Below, piece by piece: positions 1-10,000 of a DNA stretch of 64,000 nucleotides. The position numbers were made by a program, and so were the translations under genes. Numbering within the stretch: position 1 is the first letter of the stretch; each line of letters opens with the position of its first letter. Source of the stretch: Candidatus Micrarchaeota archaeon (GTDB lineage: Archaea; B1Sed10-29; B47-G15); contig QMVG01000001.1 of assembly GCA_003660975.1 (NCBI GenBank), positions 32,001-96,000 on the forward strand, given 5' to 3'. The notes below the pieces were generated by a model. That model saw nothing but the letters and a program-made list of their open reading frames with translations. It was not told where the DNA came from and did no database searches.

Positions 1-250
1 AGGGGTCTGCGCAGCCAACAGGGGAAAAGTCAACGACAACTGTCCTGTTGCTGCCCACAGAGCCGTGGTAAACAGACTCTATTTCCCTTGCCAGGTATGA
101 CATGGATGCCTGCATCTTCTCGTAGAACTGCGCTGAGCAGGAGTTTTGGTATGTGTAGAAAGCAATTATGAGAACAAAGGAGAGTATGGCCACTCCTATG
201 AGCAACTCTATCGGGGCCTCTTCTTGCCCTCTTCCTGAAAGCACCGGCAT
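1..250 (-). CDS. Class III signal peptide (pilin-like) protein, runs off the window edge
   Basis: Not in the ORF track. Translated by hand from ATG 250: MPVLSGRG|QEEAPIELLIGVAILSFVLIIAFYTYQ..., open to position 1. Prepilin-type RG|Q site followed by a hydrophobic helix. Confidence 0.75.
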   Translation of the reverse strand, partial: MPVLSGRGQEEAPIELLIGVAILSFVLIIAFYTYQNSCSAQFYEKMQASMSYLAREIESVYHGSVGSNRTVVVDFSPVGCADP

Positions 251-296
251 AATTAGGTAAAAGCATGGCAGGTATAAAAAACATAAAGAGGAGATT

Positions 297-437
297 TCAG
301 AAAAGCAGAAAACCAAGCTGCTGGGCGTAAGTGGCAGCGCTCTGGAACATTGGCTTTGCAATCGTGTATATCAATATAGCTGCTATCACCAGCACAATGG
401 CAAGGTATATTGGAGTCCAGCTAACAGCTCTTTTCAT
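297..437 (-). CDS. Very short pilin-like membrane protein (46 aa)
   Basis: Hand translation MKRA|VSWTPIYLAIVLVIAAILIYTIAKPMFQSAATYAQQLGFLLF*. GTGAGGG SD-like site upstream; lies between other pilin genes on the same strand. Confidence 0.6.
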   Translation of the reverse strand: MKRAVSWTPIYLAIVLVIAAILIYTIAKPMFQSAATYAQQLGFLLF

Positions 438-449
438 AGCTATCCCTCA

Positions 450-890
450 CTAGCAACTGTCAAAGTCTGCATCTCCGATGCCTATATAGCAAGTGGTTCC
501 TGATGTGTCTGTTGTACACTTTGCTTTTACCTTTGCCCTGAAGTCTTTTTCAACTCCTAATTCGTCCTTATCAGTACCAATGGATACTGCTTCATTACTT
601 GTTAGGGTAGTCTCGGCGCAGAACTTTAAAGTCACTCCGCTGCCTCCAACTGCGTCTGTAAAGGTGTCTGTCGTGTAAACCGTTCCAGCAACGAAGGAGG
701 CCTCTCCGCTGCTGACAAAGGTGGAGCCCTTGTACTGGTATGCCTTGGAAAGCTGCTGCCTAATTGCAGACGCAGGGTCTGCTCCTGGCGTTGAGATGTT
801 TCCCAAGATGCCGAGCAGTATGCCAAGAATTGCAACTGCCACCACTGCTGCTATCATCAGCTTGAAGGTGTCAAAGGCCTGTCCTCTCAT
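450..890 (-). CDS. Archaeal type IV pilin-like protein
   Basis: MRG|QAFDTFKLMIAAVVAVAILGIL class III signal; GAGGTGA SD before ATG 890; Cys-containing globular C-terminus. Confidence 0.8.
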   Translation of the reverse strand: MRGQAFDTFKLMIAAVVAVAILGILLGILGNISTPGADPASAIRQQLSKAYQYKGSTFVSSGEASFVAGTVYTTDTFTDAVGGSGVTLKFCAETTLTSNEAVSIGTDKDELGVEKDFRAKVKAKCTTDTSGTTCYIGIGDADFDSC

Positions 891-937
891 CAAAACAATC
901 ACCTCAGGAAGATTAAGTCATCAAAGTATTTAAAAGT

Positions 938-1321
938 TTATTGGCAGTTCTTGCTTCCTATGTAAAGCATTGTTTGCCCGCTGCTGGTCTTAGCGCTGAC
1001 CGGCAGCTCTATGTTTTCATCAACCTCGCAAAGACCTGAACTGCAAGAAAAGGCAGATCCGAACTGTTGTCCCACACTGACGCCGTCGACCCCGATGCTT
1101 GAAAATGAAAAGCCCTCTCCCTTAACAAATGAAACCCTGTCCCTGGCAAAGCAGAGGCCAGGCGCCTTTTTTGACTGCTCTGACAGCTCCTTCAGGATTT
1201 GGGCAGAGCTGAGAGGAGATGCAGGTGACTGAGAAGCGAAGTAAACGAGCAAGAGCAGGAAAACCGCAAAGACAGAAGCTATGAGAAGCTTGAAAACCGT
1301 AAAAGCCTGCGCCTTTCTCAT
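938..1321 (-). CDS. Archaeal type IV pilin-like protein (paralog of 450-890)
   Basis: MRKA|QAFTVFKLLIASVFAVFLLLL; shares QAFxxFKL start, SFVxG and C-terminal YIG motifs with its neighbour. Confidence 0.8.
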   Translation of the reverse strand: MRKAQAFTVFKLLIASVFAVFLLLLVYFASQSPASPLSSAQILKELSEQSKKAPGLCFARDRVSFVKGEGFSFSSIGVDGVSVGQQFGSAFSCSSGLCEVDENIELPVSAKTSSGQTMLYIGSKNCQ

Positions 1322-1325
1322 AAAA

Positions 1326-3347
1326 TCACGCCGCCATTGTGGATGCAAACCAAGCTGCAAAGAAGAAAAGTGTCATGGCAATCGGGACTGTTTTAGCTAT
1401 GCTCATCTTTAAGGCAAGAGGGTTGTCGCCCTCGTTTATCTTTGTGATGAAGTAGAGCAAGAGGACAGTTATCTCCAGCACGTAAATTGTTATTATTATA
1501 AGAAACGTCATCGCGTCAGGCATTGAGGCCAGCGCTTGTGGGTTTATGAAGCCAACTGGAATGCCTGCGCTTGGCCCTGCTCCTATAAACTCACTGCCTC
1601 CCAGGGAAAGCAAGGCCCCTACAATCACTTTCTGGAGAGCAGAGGTTATTCCCAGCACAAGGGGAGCTATCAAATACGCTATGCTTCTCATCATAGCAGT
1701 TATCTCCTCTAGGACCGCTCTCACCTTCTCCTTGACCTTCTTTGCATCTCTCAGCTGTATTGAGAGTGAAAGCAGAACCCTTGCCCCCTGCTGCACCCCC
1801 AGAGAAAGGGAATCTATCACAACCCTTACTGTGTTCTTTATTATCTTGCTCGGAACATGTCTCAAAGAACCATAGGCAGGGTCAAAGAAGGCTGCCTCTA
1901 TTGTCATGCCTAAATTCTTTATGTTCTCTGCCGTTATCCTGTATGTCCTGGACAGCGGGCTGTCAGTGAGGAAGTTGGCAGTGTACTCAACAGCCTCCTC
2001 TATGGGCCTGTTCTCTCCCAAGCGCGATGCCAAGATGTATATGGAATCCTGAAAGTCAGCCTCCATCCTCATAATCTTGTCTTGCAGTTTCTTCTTAGGA
2101 TAAGTGCTGCCGTATAAGTAAACAGAAACAAAAATCACAGCAGACATCACATAACCTGCCATAGTAAAGAAAGGAATGTAAGAGGCAATAGCTTCCTTGT
2201 CCCAAGGCCTTGTTATTGCTGGGTTCGGATTCAGGAATGGCTCAAACACGTAAATGAAGAGATACGCGGTTGCAAGCATTGCAAAGACTGCAAGCAGAAT
2301 GACAGGGATGTTCGTGTTTCCTATTTTTATGTGCGCCTTCTTTGGCAATTCAGGATGGTCATCTGGAATGTGGGGGGCCTCGTAAACAGGGGGCCTCCTT
2401 GAAAGTATTTGCCTCGCGAAAACAAAAGCCCCAAGAGGCACCAGGATGTTATAGATAAGCACTAGAACCCAGAGCTGCGCAAAAGGCAGATTCGCCATAA
2501 TGCTTCCAATGGGGAGCATGATTATAAGCATAAGGGGAAGCAAAACCCCGACATAATAGAGATATATGCTTGGCTGTCTCATTTTCATAGCATACTTGTC
2601 CATATCGTCCTTTATACCCTCCAAAACATCATATATTGCCTTGTCCAATATCGCGTGCCTCTTGGCCTCATCAACCTCTATGACACTTGACCTTATCAGC
2701 ATGAGAGCATGCTTGAACTCATCAGAGTACTGCCCCCATTTGTATGCCAGCTTGTCCAATGCCTCCTCTGCAGAAGAGTATATGCCCATTTTGAGGTTCC
2801 ATGAAAGCTCCTTCAGCTCGCTTGCTATCTTTCCCCTGCCATGCTCAGAGGCAAAGTCTATTGCCCTTTCCAAGTTTGGAGAAAGCTTCATGCTTATAAC
2901 CATGTAATTTACTATTTCTGGAACCTCCAGAACAGACCTCATCTTGATAGAATCCGCGTGGAAGATTGGATACCTCTGCACGTAATAGGTAAGAGCTATG
3001 GGGCCCAAAAGCAGCATTGGCAGGACATACATCAAGGCATAATAAGGCAGACCTGAAAAGAAGATTAAGAGCAAGGCGATGAATACGCATGGAATGAATG
3101 AAGCTGCAAAGAAAAGGGTTGTTGTATTGCTCACCTGCTCAGCAGATAGGTCCCAGCCAAGAAAATCAATTGCCTGCTTCAGCTTCAAATCCTTGAAAGG
3201 CATAGGGCTTTCTGCTTTTCCCAGCTTACGCGCAATCCTGTAATACCAATTGTCTTCCTCAAAAACAGGCTTCTTTTCCTCTGCTATCAGCGAGCTGTAA
3301 GCTTCTGCATAAGCCTTTGGAACCCTGTCTTCACTTCTTCGCGCCAC
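1326..3347 (-). CDS. Type II/IV secretion system F-family (TadB/TadC-like, two-domain) platform protein
   Basis: 673 aa multi-TM protein with two GspF-like cytoplasmic domains; directly downstream of the pilus ATPase. Confidence 0.8.
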   Translation of the reverse strand: MARRSEDRVPKAYAEAYSSLIAEEKKPVFEEDNWYYRIARKLGKAESPMPFKDLKLKQAIDFLGWDLSAEQVSNTTTLFFAASFIPCVFIALLLIFFSGLPYYALMYVLPMLLLGPIALTYYVQRYPIFHADSIKMRSVLEVPEIVNYMVISMKLSPNLERAIDFASEHGRGKIASELKELSWNLKMGIYSSAEEALDKLAYKWGQYSDEFKHALMLIRSSVIEVDEAKRHAILDKAIYDVLEGIKDDMDKYAMKMRQPSIYLYYVGVLLPLMLIIMLPIGSIMANLPFAQLWVLVLIYNILVPLGAFVFARQILSRRPPVYEAPHIPDDHPELPKKAHIKIGNTNIPVILLAVFAMLATAYLFIYVFEPFLNPNPAITRPWDKEAIASYIPFFTMAGYVMSAVIFVSVYLYGSTYPKKKLQDKIMRMEADFQDSIYILASRLGENRPIEEAVEYTANFLTDSPLSRTYRITAENIKNLGMTIEAAFFDPAYGSLRHVPSKIIKNTVRVVIDSLSLGVQQGARVLLSLSIQLRDAKKVKEKVRAVLEEITAMMRSIAYLIAPLVLGITSALQKVIVGALLSLGGSEFIGAGPSAGIPVGFINPQALASMPDAMTFLIIITIYVLEITVLLLYFITKINEGDNPLALKMSIAKTVPIAMTLFFFAAWFASTMAA

Positions 3348-5610
3348 CTTTCCCCCCTCTTGAAATGAGTGGTTTTACGTGTGCTTCAAGGAGCCATTTC
3401 TTCCATTCTGCTTCTGCCTCCTTGTAGTTCACAGAGCCATGCTCTTCCCTCTGCCTCTCCAGAATCAGAAGCCACTTATCATTTGCAGGAACAGTATGAG
3501 AGGCCTCCAAGAGCTCAGGTATCTTGTACTTCCTCTTCATATCTACCATGTACTGCTTAACGCTTGCCCTTGCGTAAATATCATCCCAGAGCTCCTTAAT
3601 TTTCAGACCCCTGCTCTTTGCAATCCTCGGAAACAGCTCAGAGCGCTTTACTTCCTTTTCGTTTACGTACTGGTTGTCCTTTGATGTGTCAAACTCCACA
3701 AGCTTTATCAGGCCACCCTCTTTTTCAGGTTCTTCATACCAATGCTTTCCCACCTCTGTTATCTCTATAAGCCTTCTCTCCCTTCTTATCGAGCCCTTGA
3801 ATCTTATGGGAGCGCAGGTAACTATAACATCAGTGGCCTTAAACGATGTATTAGGAACTTCAAGGTCATTGACAATCCTGTCCCAAACACTGTATGCGTT
3901 TTCTCCGTGTATCGTTCCCATAACGACATTGCCAACAGCCCCTATTCTCATGGCTTCGTAAAGAACTTGTGCTTCTTTGCTCCTAACCTCTCCTATTATC
4001 AGCACAGAATCTCCTAACCTCAGGGCAGTTCTCAATGCCTCCTCTGGTGGCACCTCTGCACTGGTCCTGGAAACAGCAATGGCTGACTGGGTTTTCAGAC
4101 GCTGTATGTTATAACCTATGTTTCTCATAAACTGGACTGGTATCTCCAAGGTGTCCTCTTGAACGATGATCCTTAGGCTTGGAAGAATTTCGAGCATCAG
4201 AGCCATGAGCATGGATGTTTTGCCTGAACCTCTAGCACCGTTGACAAGTGTCGAGGCCTGGGCATCCACGAAAAAGGACAGCATGCCTGCTGTGAGTGAG
4301 TTTAACATCTTGACATCTATGAACTGTGGTAATGTCCATGGTGTTTCCTTATGCAATCTCAAAGCAAACGCAACGCCATCAGGAGACAGAGGAGGACCTA
4401 TCACAGCAACCCTTGTTTTCAAGTCGTGCATGTCCATGTCAAAAACAGGGTGCGCTTCATCAAAAGGTCTTCCTGACTGGGCCCTCAGTCTTGATATAAT
4501 GCCTTTTGCTTCCCTCTCAGTGAAAAGCACATTTGTCTGGCAGCTGCCGTAATCGCTGTGCACCACGTAAACAGGCTTTGAGCCAAGAGGCGCATCCATA
4601 TAAATATCTGTCAGCTTCCTGTCGCTGAGCAGTAATTCCATCATGCCATATCCAACAGTATACCTGGCAACTATGCCTGCTAACCTTCTGACCTGCTCCC
4701 CTGATAAGCTTATGTCGTTCCTCTGGGCAAGGTCTGCAATTGTTGCCTCATAAACCTTTTTGAAGTATTCCCTTATCTCTGATGCTTCCATAAACTGTAT
4801 GCCTTCTGGATGGTAGTTTGAAACAATTTCCCTTGTCCTCGTGAGGAGCATATATTCTTCTGGGCTTAGGTTGTACTCTGGTGGCGAGATATAGTATAGA
4901 TATTGAATCTTCTCAGGGTGCTTATAGATGTTTACGTTTGCGTCAAGCACCTCATATTGGTCCACCAGCTCAACGCCAACAGGCGTCTTGAAAAAAACCC
5001 TTGAAGAAACAAAGGCAGGTTTTATTTCAACCTGAAACAGCGTTCTGTATATTGACCTGTCCTTTGGGATCTGCTTTACTCTGCTTATAATCAGCTTTGC
5101 CTTCTTTATCAGCTCTGTTTTCTCAAAAGCATTGCGCATGAAGTTAAGCACTTTAAGGTAGGGTTCAGCGCATTTTTTGTAGGCCTTTCCCTCTGACGAA
5201 AGCCTTTCCTCTTCCTGTTTTATGGCAGATATTGTTTTCAGGTACGCAGCTATAGGGTCTGAAAAAATTAAGTCAGTAGATATAGACATTATAAGGTTAT
5301 GGCGCGCAGCATAAAGGCCTTCGCACTCTGGATATGGAGCTATCTTCTCGTGCGACCAGACGCTTTCCCTGTGGAAAAGGGAGGCCAAGTCCGCAATCTC
5401 TTTTAGCATCTTGGTTTGCTCTTCGTTGTAAACCCTCTCATATACCTCTGCCAAGACAACGAGGTCTGCGTTTGTCTTTCCCAAAAGCTCTATTACCTCT
5501 CTCATGCACTGCTGGGAATCAGCCACTGATGCTGCAAAGGAAGCGCCCCTATAGTCTATTATTAAATATCTCTTTCCTCCTTCACTTTTAATGATGTATT
5601 TATGGGTCAA
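3331..5610 (-). CDS. Type II/IV secretion/pilus assembly ATPase (TadA/VirB11/ArlI family) with long N-terminal extension
   Basis: Walker A GARGSGKT, EDTLE Asp box, ALRLGDSVLIIGEVR Walker B, GTIHG His box. Confidence 0.92.
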   Translation of the reverse strand: MTHKYIIKSEGGKRYLIIDYRGASFAASVADSQQCMREVIELLGKTNADLVVLAEVYERVYNEEQTKMLKEIADLASLFHRESVWSHEKIAPYPECEGLYAARHNLIMSISTDLIFSDPIAAYLKTISAIKQEEERLSSEGKAYKKCAEPYLKVLNFMRNAFEKTELIKKAKLIISRVKQIPKDRSIYRTLFQVEIKPAFVSSRVFFKTPVGVELVDQYEVLDANVNIYKHPEKIQYLYYISPPEYNLSPEEYMLLTRTREIVSNYHPEGIQFMEASEIREYFKKVYEATIADLAQRNDISLSGEQVRRLAGIVARYTVGYGMMELLLSDRKLTDIYMDAPLGSKPVYVVHSDYGSCQTNVLFTEREAKGIISRLRAQSGRPFDEAHPVFDMDMHDLKTRVAVIGPPLSPDGVAFALRLHKETPWTLPQFIDVKMLNSLTAGMLSFFVDAQASTLVNGARGSGKTSMLMALMLEILPSLRIIVQEDTLEIPVQFMRNIGYNIQRLKTQSAIAVSRTSAEVPPEEALRTALRLGDSVLIIGEVRSKEAQVLYEAMRIGAVGNVVMGTIHGENAYSVWDRIVNDLEVPNTSFKATDVIVTCAPIRFKGSIRRERRLIEITEVGKHWYEEPEKEGGLIKLVEFDTSKDNQYVNEKEVKRSELFPRIAKSRGLKIKELWDDIYARASVKQYMVDMKRKYKIPELLEASHTVPANDKWLLILERQREEHGSVNYKEAEAEWKKWLLEAHVKPLISRGGKGGAKK

Positions 5611-6174
5611 ATGAATTCACCTTTGAGAACTCTCCTCTCTAAAAGAGAGTTGTGGAGGGGTTTCACCTTCTTAATAAGTATCGGAGCTTTTTATATCTTT
5701 TTCTACATCTGCCTCCAGCCGCTAATTTATTACATAGAGAGCATAAGTACTGTGCTTACATCTTTTTTTCTCTCTGTCCTGGGGGTTGAGCACTCACTAG
5801 GCTTTGCTGCAGAGCCAGTGATAAGGGTAGGCAGCGTGGATGCGGTTATAGGCAGGTTATGCGCTGGGGACATTGAGATAGCAATGGTGCTGGCGGTAAT
5901 TTTTGCTACATTTGACAGGAAGCTAGGAGATAGGATAAAGGCAGCGCTTGTGGCTCTTCCTTTTATATTAATTGCTAATGCGATAAGGATATCAACGGTG
6001 CTGTGGGTTGGAAGCTCAATGGGCTGGGCAAGTGCTGACTTCGTTCACGACGTGCTTTTCAGGATAACATTGCTTGTGGTTGTTCTGTTATACTATGCTT
6101 TCTGGTATCTTGGATACATGGGCAGGTGCGCGGCTAAAATATTAAATAAAATAAATACCTTAGCAAAGCGATGA
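5602..6174 (+). CDS. Exosortase/archaeosortase family protein (true start probably at or after TTG 5650)
   Basis: Multi-TM protein with LCAG (catalytic Cys), ANAIRI (Arg) and HD near the C-terminus. Confidence 0.8.
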   Translation: MGQMNSPLRTLLSKRELWRGFTFLISIGAFYIFFYICLQPLIYYIESISTVLTSFFLSVLGVEHSLGFAAEPVIRVGSVDAVIGRLCAGDIEIAMVLAVIFATFDRKLGDRIKAALVALPFILIANAIRISTVLWVGSSMGWASADFVHDVLFRITLLVVVLLYYAFWYLGYMGRCAAKILNKINTLAKR

Positions 6175-6944
6175 AAGGTTTTTCTCTTTTTACTCCACTT
6201 GTTGGAAGTATGATGATGATAACCGCTATAATAATTTCCATGACGATGATACAGAGCGATGCCCACAGCGCCAAGAGCTTTAACAGGGTAATGATAATGG
6301 ACGAGGCCAGAATGCAGGCCAGAATCATCCAGGCAGGCGTTAGCTCTTCGCTCCTGATAAACATTGAGAAAGCGATAAATAAGGTTGTAGAGGACGTTAT
6401 AAATAGAGGGGCTGTTTCGTGCAATAGTAACCGATGTGAGCATGCAATCAAAGGCCTTATTAAAAGCAAATTGGAGGAGAAAGATAAAGAGATTTTCTAC
6501 GCGTCCGCGCATGGTGATTATGAGAATGTTTGGATGGATATAGCAGGTATGATCAGCAACGATTACCTATCTGGTATGGGGTGTAGTGGTCAAGACAGGT
6601 TAGAAAAGTATATGAATTGTCTGTCTAACGCTTTGTCAAACCAACAACAAAGCAGTAGCTTAATAGAAGCTAACTGGAGAGGTGAAACGTTGACAGTAAG
6701 AATAAATCCCCCGCAGCCGGGAACTGAGTTGGCCGAATTGTTTAATATAAAGGCAAATGTTGGGGATTCATCAACTCCCTCAACAATCACCGTAAACGTG
6801 CTGCCAAGAGCCATCTCATATGAAAGAGATATGGAAATAAGTTGTACTCCCTGCGATTCTGGCCAAGCCGCCTGCAGTGTAGATGGTCAGCAGATTACAG
6901 TAAGCTGTGTGTCTTCAACTGGTGGGGGATTCAATAGGATATGA
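6171..6944 (+). CDS. Class III signal peptide (pilin-like) protein
   Basis: MKG|FSLFTPLVGSMMMITAIIIS; ATGA overlap with the sortase stop; several Cys pairs. Confidence 0.65.
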   Translation: MKGFSLFTPLVGSMMMITAIIISMTMIQSDAHSAKSFNRVMIMDEARMQARIIQAGVSSSLLINIEKAINKVVEDVINRGAVSCNSNRCEHAIKGLIKSKLEEKDKEIFYASAHGDYENVWMDIAGMISNDYLSGMGCSGQDRLEKYMNCLSNALSNQQQSSSLIEANWRGETLTVRINPPQPGTELAELFNIKANVGDSSTPSTITVNVLPRAISYERDMEISCTPCDSGQAACSVDGQQITVSCVSSTGGGFNRI

Positions 6945-7007
6945 AGATGAAGTATTATATTTAAAGAAATATTAAATTAAAAAGAAAGGAAATTGCAAGG
7001 TGATTAG

Positions 7008-10000
7008 GTGGGGTTTGGAGATCTTTATTATAAGATTGAGGACAAGTGGTATGACCTTTTGGACTGGATTGAGGCCAAGGGCGTGCCTGTTTACTCTGTG
7101 GTTGACCCAATTGAGGATGCAGGCATTCCATCGCTTCCTGTTTTCGTGGGAATCTTTCTTTTGCTCTGCTACTTTGTCCTGACTGCGTTCGCGCCTGGCT
7201 TGGGAATTGCAGAGGAAGTAAATTTCTCTGTGCAGGTGTCTGACAGCAACGGAAACCTGATTCCAGACGCAGTGGTAAAAATAAGCAAAGGAGGGGAACT
7301 GCTCGTTGAGGGAAAGACATCCATACTTGGAAACTTTGACGCAAGCTTGCCGAAAGGCAGTTATGACATATCTGTCAGCGCTGCGGATTGTGATGGGATA
7401 TCAAAGCCGATTGAGGTTGTTGAAAGCGGTCAGGTAATCAGCATCACGCTGAACTGCGAGATGAGCTTTGCAAAGCAGGTAAGCATCTGCTTTGTCAGCA
7501 ATGACGGGGACACATTGGACACGCCCATAGAGGCAAACGAGGTTGACGAGTACGGCAACTTTATAGACAATGCGGGCAGATGTGATAATGCAGACAGCTG
7601 CAATTTCGAGCTAAAAGACAAATCGCTTTACGTCTTTGAGTCCCTGCATTACAGAAGCGAAATGGTTTACACCAAAAAGGATGTTGAAAGGATTTCTGAA
7701 AGGAAAAACTGCATAACGCTTGAAAGGAAAGAGGAGGAGATAGTTGAAAAAGGTTTGTTCACTGTCGAGCTGCTGCATTCTGACGGAAGCCCTGTTCCAT
7801 GGCAGCTGGTTAATTTAGTTTCTCCAGATAACCACAATTACATCATAGCAAGCCAGCACACGTCCAACGCTGGAAAGGACATAGGTAGCACGACGTTCAA
7901 GCTGAGGGTTGGCACGAAATTCATAATAGTCGTGCCTGGAGGCGAAAACACCACATACTACAAGGGAAACACAACATATGAGATAAGCTCAGAGCCACAG
8001 AGGGTGAGCATAAAATTAGACACGAGCGCAGACACTCTTTTCGCTGTAAGGGAAGAAAAAGCAGGAGTTCCAACACCTGTTCAGGGAGTTAAGATAACTG
8101 TCTTCAAAATAAAAGAGCCAAAGGACGAGATAGTTGCATTTGGCGAGACAGATAGGAATGGGGAGGCACACCTAAGCTTAACTGATGGCGAAAGATATAG
8201 GGTTTCCTTCTTCAAGGCAGGCTACAGGTATGTTGAAACAACAGTTAAGGGAGGAAGCGAGAAGGAGGTCGTCTTGGAGAAAATCTCAAAGGAAGAAGTG
8301 GGAACTGTTGATGTTTACGTGAGCATTGAGGGAAGAGAGCCTGTGAAGGATGCTATTGTCATTATGAAGCATTACGGAAACTCAAGCAAGACAGGATACG
8401 GCATCCTAAAAACAGACGCAAGAGGCCACGTGCATTACGAGTGGGTGCTTCCAGGGGAATACTGCATAATAGTGGCAAGGGCCAAGGACGAAACTAAGTG
8501 TGGGGAGCACAGCTTTACAGTGAAGGCAAATGAGAAGACAAGGGTCAATGTAGAGCTGAAGCCAATAATGTACAGCTTGGATGTCAATGTCCTGCTGAAA
8601 GGAGAGGGCGTGAGAGATGCAAAGGTATCTGTCAAAGACGCGTACTCTGGAGAGGCCATTGCATCTGGAAAAACAGATTACACTGGCTTCGTGAGCTTTC
8701 CGAACATAGCTGAGAGGAGCAAGATAAGGGTTTATGTGGAATACCTGCACAAAGATTTGGAAAGCGGCAGGACAACGCTTTACAGCCAGAGCACTGCCAA
8801 CATAATTGAGATGGATGATGATAAGGAAATCACCTTAAACCTTGTGGAGACAGGCACGAAAATCCAGTTTCTTGGTATAACAAGCAAAAGCGAGAGCTGG
8901 TGGTACGATGGCAGCAAGTGGGTGCAAGGAGCCCCTGAGCTGGTGGCAGGAAATGTGTATTACGCTGTCTTCGCTGTTGGGCTGCCCAAGCTTGAAGGAA
9001 AGAAATGGGATAGTGTTAAATTTTTGATAAGCAATCCTGAAAGCGAGGATTACGTGGCTCTCAGGAAGGCCGGAAACCTGCCCAGTTATATAAGAGACAG
9101 TAAAGCAGTTGAAAGCTCTTCAAGGTTATTCACTGTCTCTGGAAATTACGATGATAGCTCTGATATTATTTCTATATCAATTCCAATCAGGGTCAGACAG
9201 GTATTTGACGGGAGAGTGAAATACTTCCTGAACTTTTACGCTGAGTGGTGGAGAGGTAAAGACATTGTTAGAGACCCTGCAGGAAAGGACTTCAAGAAGA
9301 GCCCTGACTTTTATATTAGGGGCGAGCGCTGTTTCAAAAAAGGCAATTTCGGCATCTGCATAAAGGGAAAGAAAGAAGGCGGAATATTCTATCCTGACGA
9401 CCGATTCCACTTAGAGAAGGGAGAAAGCGCAAACTTTACCATAATAATCAGCAACGAAGGCTCTAATGCATTCGGCGGTAAGATAAAGCTGGAGGACCCA
9501 AAGAGGACAGTTGCTTTTGAAGACATAACTGCTGTCCTTACAACCCCTGAGGAGCAAGTAGGGTTAGAATATGGATTGGACAACGCAGCTGCCAGCATAA
9601 GCATAGACGCATCCCAGTATAAAAAAGAGGACGTGGCAGGGCTGCCTGTTGGCAGCAAAATCACGATAAAGACAAGAATAAAAGCAGTCTTCCCAATACA
9701 GTACACAGACATTGAGCTAAAAGTGGAAGGTAAAGCAGAGCAAGGGCTTGCTTACATATCATTCCCAATATCTGGAGATGCAGACGTACTGCTGAGAAAG
9801 AAGCCAGGGGCGATAACAGAGCTTGCAAGCAGTATCTTGTTCCAGGTAAGGGAAAACAACAGCGGCGCTCCTGGAAGGGCTGTTTACTTTGACCCCAGCA
9901 GTGTAAGTATTTACGGACCTGCATTGAACAAATTTTGTGGAGGAATCCTCTCCACGTCTTCAAGCAATGTGGGCTTCTCTGTTGACAGGCATGGAAACAT

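Noticed and set aside
30-284. 84-aa minus-strand ORF from the track
   Set aside because: A different frame of the same strand (ATG 250) gives a clear pilin-like protein.
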